NCBI GenBank assembly: GCA_973895155.1 | Contig: OZ316892.1 | Location: 8,844,183-8,908,182 of the forward strand | Source: Marsupella aquatica | Taxonomy: Eukaryota > Plantae > Marchantiophyta | Direction: 5' to 3' | Length of the DNA stretch: 64,000 bases | Shown: positions 27,851 to 37,844 of the stretch, piece after piece | Layout of the letters: the number at the start of each line of letters is the position of its first letter | Position numbering within the stretch: position 1 is the stretch's first letter | Made by a program: the position numbers and the translations under genes | Notes under the pieces: model-generated | Databases searched by the model: none | What the model was told of the DNA's origin: nothing | Seen by the model: the letters and a program-made list of their open reading frames with translations, nothing else

Positions 27851-28993
27851 AGTCAATGTAACCGTAGATGACCTTAATGGGTTGTAACCCACTCAGGCTC
27901 AATGTCTAATGGGATTACACCCAACAATTCCTCTTGCCCACTGGTTACCCTACACATATCCATGGACTACACCCCAAAACCCCCTAGTGCCAATGGGTTA
28001 CCTTACAAGTAAACCCCTGTCATGAACTCCCCTTTGTTAAGACCCTGTAAGGTTTTGAAGCATTACCCCACTGGTGAGTGAGTTCACAGAACCATGTGCC
28101 AACCTGGCATGGGAATATTCCAATGTGAATGAGAATACCCAAGTAGAACCCCAATGTGAATGAGAATAATGAATATTATATTTCGAGAATTCACTTGGGG
28201 GTTTACTCGGGGACCATGGGGTACCCTATACCCTATCATATGAGCTCCCATTCACCTCTAGGTGTACTCCTCTCCCCCTTCACGTCAATGATTGTGTACA
28301 CTCAGTTGTGATTGGGTTTTTCCAAGAATTTACGCCATAGCCAGGAGCTGCGAGTGTGAACGTTTTCCATCCCAGAGGAATCGACAATATCATTAACGTT
28401 CTTTGGCCCTTCTGCTTCGAGAGAAATCGCTGGCACTAGGCGAATGAATACCATCAGCCGTTGACCTCCATCTCTACAGCGACTCACGTTTGGGTGGCAC
28501 ATTGCGCTGCAGGGCTACTGCTTTACGAATCTGGATGTTTCCGGGCAGTAAGATTGCCTGATTCTTCTTCAGGTGTGGCTAAATTCTCTTCTTCGCCAGC
28601 CGAATGCAAACTCATCAACAGGTTCTGTTGGTGCCGCTTCCATTACCTGCTCCGTCCGGTGATGAGTGCTTATTGCTATCGTAGGTTTTGAGGAATTGAT
28701 GGAGCCAAGCCTAAGTGCAGTTTATTTGTGCAGTCCGGAGCTTTTGTAGGACGAGAATTAGAAAGCTGGCTGTTTTCTCGTTCTACGAACTGAACATAAA
28801 CTCAAGTGTGAGCGCGGAGCTTACCGAGTCGAGTGTTGCAGTTTGGATATGAAAATTGAAGCACGGGGGACTTTTCGTCTTGGATTTGGGAATCCATTGC
28901 AAAGGCGTGTTTGCAGGTGTTTACCGAAACAAAGTTCAAGATTGTGACGGGCTTCGACTGAGACAGCGTTTCAACTCAGGTAGCTGAGCAGCC

Positions 28994-30194
28994 ATGGCCG
29001 CAACCACACTGTCCATGGCGTCGTCGATATTATGCTCCGGTGCCGGTGCTTCGAATGCGACTCCGGTATTGTCCTCTGCTCTGCTCACCCCTCCCCTGAT
29101 TTTCCTGGAGCTGGTCCTGTCCGGTCTATGGAATTGGTTGGGCAGATGACTGGTGTAGACTTTTGCATTGCTGTTACCGGCTTGGTTGTTTAGATCACAA
29201 TTTGACGGAAATCAGCGGAATTCGAGAGGCGTCTTCTCTGTTTCAAGCGCATGCAATTTTCCATGGAGAGAAATTGATGAAAGACCGGCAGATTGCAGAC
29301 CACAAGGACTTCCGCGACTCTGTCTTTTGGGAGGCATCAATGTCGGACTCCAGGACGCCACCGGAAAGAGAGTACACAAGCATTGCCACGGAGAAGGGTG
29401 GGAAGGGCTCGTGCTGCTCAAGAAGATGAAAGCACCAGCCAAGAGACGCCTACCATTTCATCTCCGCCACCTCCCCCGGCCGTCGACAAGAAGGCTGCAG
29501 GTACACTTTTCTCCTCCTATGCAATCGGTCACCCAACTAGACCATATCATGTAGCCCACACGAATTTGAATTCAGCCGACAACGGGGCTTGATAGTTCTA
29601 GAGATTTGCTTGAAGTCTTACTTGTTCTTGGCTGCTGGTCACCTTAAAGAGGGTTTGGAATTTTTAAGGTGAATCAGGTTTGGGTAGGTTTGGCATCAAC
29701 TCTGTCCCAAGTGGATTACAATCCTTTCTCCATGAATTGCATTCCTTCTGATAGAGTAGCTGCGGAGCATTCTTTTGCGTATGGGCTCTGTATTCCCTTC
29801 ATGAGCAGACCAGGCCAGAAATGGTCGCCGGGATGTTCGATAGCAACAGGGGTTTGATATTGTCTAGAGTCTGTTGTTTGAGACTTTGTACTGACGAGCT
29901 TCTTTTGCTCCAGGCTGCATTTTCCGACTATTGTTTTCCATATTTTCGTCTCGTCGATTGATATATAACGAGCGCTGGTTGCTAATGACCTCATGGCTTG
30001 CTAGAAAGCTGATCTGTTACGGTTTGATTTTGGGTTTTGCAGCCAAAGTAGAAATTGAGAAGGGCCAAACGACAGCCATCATAACTGGTGTGATCTCTGT
30101 TCTGCTTGGAGTTGGATACCTGGTACTCGTGCAGCTGCTGGACACTCGTGGAGTCAACCTTGTACCACCCCCTCCAGAAGCATTTGACCCCTGA
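28994..30194 (+). CDS. Small plastid-targeted single-TM protein of cyanobacterial type
   Basis: Ser/Ala-rich transit-like exon 28994-29065, middle exon ending 29500 (RRRVGRARAAQED; acceptor uncertain), last exon 30043-30194 AKVEIEKGQTTAIITGVISVLLGVGYLVLVQLLDTRGVNLVPPPPEAFDP. Confidence 0.75.
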
Positions 30195-31789
30195 AAAGTG
30201 GTTCACTAGGATTTGGCTCGTGGGTGTCACCCACTGAAATCGATTTTTGTTCCCGATGCATATTTTTGCCAGAAGGTCCTAGTTTTATTCACTAGTGACT
30301 TTCATTCTTGCTCTCATAAGTCTACAATGTGTATACACATGGATTGTTTTCTTGGATCACAATTCGTGGCCAACACCTACCGAGCTGTCTTACTGATGCG
30401 AAATGATGAGTAGTACTCGAGGTTTTGAGGAGTTGATCGTAATCACGCCTTCTTGCCTTCTTATGAATTGCTACGACTTTTAGCTTGGATTTGGCGACAC
30501 ACTGCAGAGAAAGGAGCTATTCCAATAGAATTTTGTAATTGGTGCAAAGCAATGGCTCCGCATGTCGCAAATACATTTTATTAGTCAGGAAATGGGTCTC
30601 ATGTCGGAACTAGCTATCACAGTTAGGACGTCAAATCATGATATTTGGATCATGAAAGCTTGCGAGTGTGTGATGGCTACCATGTTGAACCTGCCACAAG
30701 AATTGTTGGTATGTAAGGACGTCCACCAAGATGATGTTGGACAGAAGTGTTCGCTGAAGTGTGCTGGATGAGTTAGTCATGACTATTTGAAACTGAATAA
30801 CAGACGATTGCTCAATTCTGAGACCAGATCACGTTTTGCTTGTCTCACAACTTTAAGCTGCTCCGTTTGCTGTCCTAACAAGGACTGGCTGAGGATTTTA
30901 AGGAGGACCTAATGGAGATTCGTTTGGTCAGGGTGAGGTAGAATTGTCATGTCCTAACAAGGACTTATAGAATATTCAAGGGAGGATTAAGGAAAGAATC
31001 AAAGGGAGAATTGTTTGGTGAGGGTGAGGTAGAATTGTTGGACACATACAGAAAGGCTAACGGTGCAAGCTCGCACCATTTCAACGTTCCCCAGGCAGTC
31101 CTGAGTGATTTTCAAATACCCCACATACTTAGGATGACAGTGCTGATAGATAATATCCAGCAGCCACTGAACTCGAATCCATCAAGCCACAGGGAGTCGA
31201 GGGAGAACCCAGAAGGGCTAACGCAAGCTGCAAAGACGAGCACAACGCACTACTGTAGGCATCCTTCCCTCCAAATTCGTGGAACATCACCGTCAAGCAC
31301 GATTCGTTGGGCAGCCTCCTCAATCTGTGAACTACCTTCGTGTCAATGACGTTAAGCTCCAACGGCCATCTCCCCATCACAACGGATGACGGCAGTCAAC
31401 CAGCCACTATTAACGTTGAGTCAAGAGCTTATAAGCAAAACATAGCCTTCAATACGGCTTTTTGCGCTCCGAGCTTTTCGCAAATTTCGGGCGCTTGGCA
31501 AGGTCCCTGAAGAGCTCTTCGTTCTCAATGAAGGCCAACGGGTGGTTGTCCTGCATTTTCGCACGAGCCGATGGTACCCGTGATGAATGGGACTAGAAGA
31601 AGAGGTCGCACGAGCCAACCGACCGTCTTCGTCTACCGTACTTCTTCGGCAAGCCGTGCCCAGCTCGCTACGATGCCGTCCGAGACCGCAACTTTCCACT
31701 TGCCAGTTTTTTTCTCACTCACAGCAGGACACAACCAGCCGGAGGTCGGTCAGAAGCCTCGACGGACGAAGAGTCAGGGTTGCCAGGTC

Positions 31790-32580
31790 GGTCATGTAGC
31801 GCCGAAGAAGCTATTAGCGGGTCCCTCAGAGCTTACTGCACAATTCTGTCCGAGCAGCTTGGTCTTGTTGTCAGTATAAGGTCGATGAATGGAACTAGAA
31901 TAAGATTCGGGGTTTAGGGGTTTCATGTAGCGTCGCAGAAGCTCGACAATCAGCAAGTCCTTCACAGCTTGATGCACAGATTCGGTCGAGCACCTTTGTC
32001 TTGTGCCATCAATTTCGAAGCCTCGAACCGAAAGAGAGTCGGGGTTTAGGAGTTTCATGTAGCGTCCCAAAGTTCGACAATCAGCGGGTCCTTCACAGCT
32101 ACGCGCACATATTTGATCAAGCAGCTTCATCTTGTAGCCATCAATTTCGAAGCCTCGAACCAAAGAAGTGTCGGGGTTTAGGGGTTTCATGTAGCGTCCC
32201 AAAAGTCGACAATCAGCGGGTCCTTCACAGCTTGGAGCACAAATCTGTTCGAGCAGCTTCGTCTTGTAGCCATCAATTTCGATGCCTCGAACCGGAAGAA
32301 GAGTCGGGGTCTAGGGTTTTCGTGTATACTAGCAGAGCTCGACAATCAGCGAGTCCTTCACAGCTTGGAGCTGTTCGAGCAGCTTCGTCTTGTAACCATC
32401 AATTTCGATGCCTCGAACCGGAAGAAGAGTCGGGGTCGAGGGTTTTCGTGTATAGTAGCAGAGCTCGAGAATCAGCGGGTCCTTCACAGCTTGGTGCACA
32501 GATTGTTCGAGCAGCTTCGTCTTGTAGCCACCAATGTCGATGCTCGGAACCGGAAGAAGAGTGGGGTTTAGGGCTTTAGT
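31790..32580. repeat. Tandem array, ~130 bp x6, directly upstream of the MTase-like gene
   Basis: cagcgggtccttcacagct recurs at ~31816, 31952, 32082, 32214, 32347, 32473; units also carry ggggtttagggttt-like telobox variants. Confidence 0.9.
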
Positions 32581-32726
32581 TTAATAATTCTGTCAACGTC
32601 CTAGTCCATTCTCTGCTTGCGACGTCTCATCTGTATTTTTTCTTCTTTTATTGCGTACGTCAGCCTCCCAGTTTTTGCCGCGTTTCATCCCTAGTTCTGT
32701 CCTGTTTTATTTCGCCTCATTTCGCC

Positions 32727-35700
32727 ATGTCGACCTCCTCGCATGCTAGCAGCAAAGATGTCATGTTCCACATCAACGACTATGTCAAATACAGAGAGAG
32801 CTCCGTGATTCCCTTGATGGAGCGGCTCCTTGAGTCCTCCAGACGCTATCTGCGTACCAGCAAATGTAAGATCTCTCACCTGCTTGTAATTTAACTGAGG
32901 AAGCCTCGATAGGATCGAGAGGCTTTGTGCTGCATTTAACTGAGGAAGACTCGAGTCTCCTTTCCAATTTTGGCTGAACTAACTCTGGTTGTATTTGCAA
33001 AACAGGGTCAAGTCTTGGACTACCTGGATTGCTTTTAGAAGATCAGGATGTGATGCAAGTTGAAGTCCCTGGGCAGCACAAGCGAGGATTCAGTTGGGCA
33101 ATAGAGTTTGGCCAAGCTGAAGATTCTGACCCGGTGATCTGTGTGAAGGCCCTATCATCGGCAACGAGTAAGCCAAACACGTCCTTTTGTTTGGGACCTC
33201 TAGTGTCAGTCGTCACCAGTAATAACGAAGATCTGGTTCTCGTGATAGAGAACCACCTGTTAGGAAAGTGGGTGAAAGTACGACTTCCGCCGAAGATGTA
33301 CTCGTCCAAAATTAACGTCGAGTGGGCAGCACGACAAGACCGAAGTGTGATATCCATGGGGTTCTTTCCCTTTAAATTTAGTGTGGATAGTCTATTGGAG
33401 ACAAATGGGACATGCAGCATTTCCGGAACTGAGATAGTTTCTGGATTCTTATATTGCCGGAAGTATGGCTTCGATCACGAAGGTGAATTTCCAATTCCAA
33501 CTAGTTGGAAAGTAAGGAAAATGATGGCGGAGGCAAGCTTGGTCGACCATTTCAATGTGGACAAGCAACTAGTTTTTGTTGGAGATTTTGACGGAGCATC
33601 ATGTAACAAATGGATTGCATCCCTTACGAAGAAATCTGTAAGGGCAACTGCGATTGGGAGTCCTGTGAGAGCTATGGCTTCCACACAAGAGACCGCAGCC
33701 CCAAAGGAGACACAGATGAGAAAGCGGGTTGAACACACTGAGACTGCCCGAGTGAAGGCGATGAAGAAAGCCAAGAAAGCCAAGGAAGATAACACACGAC
33801 CCTTGCCTACTTGTTTGTCAGACCCAATAATGCATCCTGAAGATAATGATCCCTGTCCTCAAGATGCCCCCGCAATGTCCGACAATGAGACCATGGAATC
33901 GTGTTTCCTTGAGACGGTGGTTCATGCAAGGAGGCAATTCAACGAGTGTGGGCGACCAAGCAAGCCCATCATCGGGACAAATAAGACAACTATTAACCAG
34001 AAGTTTCTGGTACATACATTCCTTGAACCACTCTTTGCCTCTCAGAATTGATATTGTGCGATCCGATCCCAGACTCGAAATCGTATCGAGGCTCCCGGCC
34101 TAGACATCGAATGCAGGCACCCCCACTTTGTTGTCCAGAAGTTTCTGGTACATACATTCCTTGAACCACCTTTGCCTCTCAGAATTGATATTCGATCCCA
34201 GACTCGATATCGTATCGAGGCTCCCGGCCTAGACATCGAATGCAGGCACCCCCACTTTGTTCTCCAGAAGATTCTGGTACATACATTCCTTGAACCACCC
34301 TTTGCCTCTCAGAATTGATATTGTGCGATCCCAGACTCGATAACGTGTCAAGGCTCCCGGCCTAGACATCGAATGCAGGCACCCCCACTTTGTTGTCCAG
34401 AAGATTCTGGTACATACATTCCTTGAACCACTCTTTGCCTCTCAAAATTGATATTGTGCGATCCCAGACTCGATATCGTATCGAGGCTCCCGGCCTAGAC
34501 ACCGTATGCAGCCAAGCTGCCCCCCATTCGTTGTCCCAAATTTAGAGTTTAATACTTTGCATTATTTTTGCAGGATTGGCAAGCTCTAGCAAAAATTGCG
34601 ATGGGAAAGAACGACCTGAGGAATATTTATTGGATACTCTTTGCGGAGGATGATGTTTTCGTCGCATGGCGGAAGATGTGCCTTGATTGGGTGAAGGGAA
34701 CTCTCCCGGATGGTATGGGTAAGTGCGGGAAGGCGCGGCCGGCAAAGCTGATTACCCCGGCTCTTTTTAGGTGCTTTGAAGGGGACATTAGCAATGAAGA
34801 CATCATGGCTGTTTTCAAGGCGGTTCAAAATGAGGAGGTCTTGCTAAAGAAGGACCCAAAGAACCAATCTGACATAGTCTCCATGGGGGAAATGGCCCAT
34901 ACTCTAAAAACATTGACGAAGTTGAGGGGAGTAATTATTGGGTACTACGTCCGCAAGTACCCCCAGAAGTTTACAGAGGGTATCACTTGGTATGAACTTA
35001 CCCGGTTCTTACCTTCTTTGTTAGATCACCAAGAGCTCCCAAAGTGTCGATGGCTCGCCGGAGAGGTGTATCTTTCCAACCTTCTCAAATGTAATATTGC
35101 GAAGGAGGTCCGGGAGGAGGCCTTCCCTCAAAGTCTTATGATGAGACTGGACCAGTTATATTGTAAGAGGTTTGGCAGAATGGGGCGAAGACGGACGGAA
35201 CCCTTCCGCACGTTCTTCAGCAATAATCTCATGAAGACTACGACGCCTGAGTCATTTCAAGAGTCAGGACCAGTTTGCCGTTTGGCAATTGTTGACTTCA
35301 GCAGATTCCGGCAGCGCGAATGGACTGATGCTGAGGTTTTCGTTTTGTTTCAGTACATTGCGGAGCTGCCCATTAATACCACTATCCTGGTTGTCATGAT
35401 AGTTCATCCGGGGCCGCTTGCAGGAAACATTGTGAATGCCCTTCAAAAGTTGCGTCGAGAGAACAAGCTCCAAACCCACCTTGAGTACGGTAGTTATTAC
35501 CGATCAGACATGCCCGGTCCTGAAGGCACATTTTGGCGAGGAGCATCAGAGAATGTCATTTTCGCAGGAATTTCTTGTGAGGAGACGTGTGATTGGTCCA
35601 AAGTTTACGTTCAGGACTTCAAACCAAGTTGGGTCTATAATATAGACAACGATTCGGACTTCAAGCTACTGAAGCGCAAGTCTGAGACGGTCAAGGGCAA

Positions 35701-36040
35701 AGGGAAGGACACACTCGCAGTCGACTTGGTAGCATTGGATAAAATGGCTCCGAGATATGAGATGGTGGGGAGCAAGGGCGGATTTGTAAACCCTCGTGCA
35801 AAGCCCATTCGAATGTTGAAGGGGATCGTGGAGTCTTTCTCAAAGGAGGGGGAGACTGTGCTGGACTTTTTCTCAGGAGGGCAGGTTTTGAAGGCGTGTT
35901 TGCTACTCGGACGAGAGTGTTTTGTATATTCAGACACAATCGCAGAGCTGGAGTTCACCAAAGCTTATGCACGATTGATGCATAACAACATTTCAACTTT
36001 GAAGGATTCCTCTAAGGAGTCGAGTGACCCCTCCGTATAA
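32727..36040 (+). CDS. ~869-aa protein with C-terminal degenerate beta-class N4C/N6A DNA methyltransferase-like domain
   Basis: Phase-compatible exons 32727-32865, 33006-34009, 34574-36040. C-terminus NPRAKPIRMLKGIVESFSKEGETVLDFFSGGQVLKACLLLGRECF matches N6_N4_Mtase HPxxKP..GDxVLDPFxGSG..LGR; motif IV position reads LAIVDFSR instead of DPPY. Confidence 0.75.
33997..34540. repeat. Tandem array, ~130-140 bp x4, forming intron 2 of the MTase-like gene
   Basis: ccagaagwttctggtacatacattccttgaacc starts at 33997, 34135, 34264, 34397. Confidence 0.92.
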
Positions 36041-36074
36041 TCAAATTGACGTATCATATAGAAGGCCAGAGCGC

Positions 36075-36580
36075 GTTGGAGAGAGAGTCCAGCAGCGGAA
36101 GATGATACCCGAGGAGTATTTTGCGAGAAAGTTACTTGATTAGAGCATTCAAGTCCCAAAATCAAAACTTATGATGATGAAGATGATTTTGGCGGTGTCC
36201 CGACGATGGACCGAGACGGAGTGGACTGAGATTGTCTCAATCCTGTTAAGCAGTCCTATATATGATGGACCGAGACGGAGTGGATTCAGATTGTCTCAAT
36301 CCTGTTAGGCGGTCCCACCGAGACGCAGTCGATTGAGATTGTCTCAATCCTGTTAGGCAGACGGATCGAGAGCGTCGAGACAAAGGAGAGAGATCGAGTC
36401 CAGCAGCGGAAGGTGATACCCGAGGAGCATTTTGCGAGACATTTCGTTGATTAGAGCAATTGAAGTCCAAAAATCAAAACTTACGATGGTGAAGAAGATT
36501 TGGGCGGTGTCCCTATGATGGACCGAGACGGAGTGGATTGAGATGGTCTCCATCCTGTTAGGCAGACGGAGAGGGTCGAG
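36075..36580. repeat. Composite repeats 3' of the MTase-like gene
   Basis: gagtccagcagcggaag..tgatacccgaggag..aaaatcaaaactta occurs twice; accgagacg..agt..tgagattgtctcaatcctgttaggc occurs four times. Confidence 0.8.
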
Positions 36581-37372
36581 ACGCCTGTTCGGCAGCCACA
36601 GACTATTTCCTAGTAGTGGAGCAGCAGTCGTCTAGTATGAATGAGGGACGGCTAACGAATCTAGTATTTTGGATTATAGGCTAACAAAGCGTGATGGATT
36701 ATTTGCAGATTTTACTCCAAAATTCCGTACCAAGACAAGGCAAATATTTCTATTTTTGGACCTTAACAAAATCCGTTGCGATTGCGTTCATAATAACTTA
36801 AGTATTGCTGAAGCCTTGCTGATCCTCTTTAGGCATTATTTTATGAACGGCCACAACCCCCAAAAATTACCACCCATCCCATGGAGATGAACAAAAAATA
36901 ATTGACTTCCCTCTCTCGTGGCAATATAGATGACGAAATATATTAGGCTAATTAATTTAGCCTTGGTAGTAGCCATGTGTGGTTATGCCCCCAACCTGCC
37001 TCAATTTTGTTCATATGTTTTCCAAGTTCCACCTTCACAATTTTCTGTGGCCACATATGGCTAAAATTTGCACTCAAAACCACTAGAAGCCACACTCCTT
37101 CATCCAATAATTTCTTGTAAATGGATGCAGCCCCTAATGGTAGGATTTAAGTCACCGAATTCTATGGACTTAAAACAGTATATCATAATTTTTCTTCTTA
37201 TTTTTTGGGGCAAAGGCAGAACGGCCAAATCGGGGGCCAAATCAAGTGCTTTTAATAAATCCCCTAATTAGCCACGCTCCTTCCTCCAATCATTTCTTGT
37301 TAGCCAAGATCTAACGGTTTTTGACTAATTGAGGAAAATCTGGCTGAATCTCAGATTTTAATTAGGATACTC

Positions 37373-37717
37373 ATTTCTTTGCCTTAAAAGCTAAATGCAA
37401 ACCCATCCAACACTGAATAAACATTGTGCTTCGGAGCATGCAACTATGTAGGGAGACCCACAAGGGGACGCTTTGGAGCATGCAACTATGAACTATGTAG
37501 GGAGCCCACAGGGGGACTATTCCCAAGGATCCAACAGGCACCCAGACCAAGGGGTAGAGAGTATTAAACCAGAGTCCCAAAGGAGGTCCAAGAGAAATCA
37601 GTATTCACACAACACCCCCACACATATACACTCCACCCACCTTTTGTGTGCAAGGGTATAGAACCGGAAACTTCTTGGTTCTAGGCTAATCTCCTCTCGT
37701 ACTGACCTAAGCTGGTT
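37373..37717 (-). mobile_element. tRNA-derived SINE, copy 2
   Basis: Reverse complement aligns to 27521-27850 (agcctagaac, ctggtttaat, tggtctgggt..ggatccttggg, ccctacatag, tgcatgctcc). Confidence 0.7.
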
Positions 37718-37844
37718 CCTTTAATTTTAAGTAGGAGACTTGGATCCTAAACATTTCTCCACTATCTCCTCTGGGTGAGAGGTGAGAGGAGCCGTGGTTA
37801 TACCCACAACTGGTTTTGCCCCCTATGTTCCACTCAATGTGTAA

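Noticed and set aside
31790-34540. Tandem arrays as CRISPR-like arrays
   Set aside because: Whole units are repeated with no unique spacers, no cas genes are present and the context is eukaryotic.
36600-36970. Helitron 3' end for the MTase-like cassette (three ctagt, near-palindrome at ~36945-36963)
   Set aside because: No properly spaced GC-rich hairpin before a CTAG and no matching 5' TC end identified.
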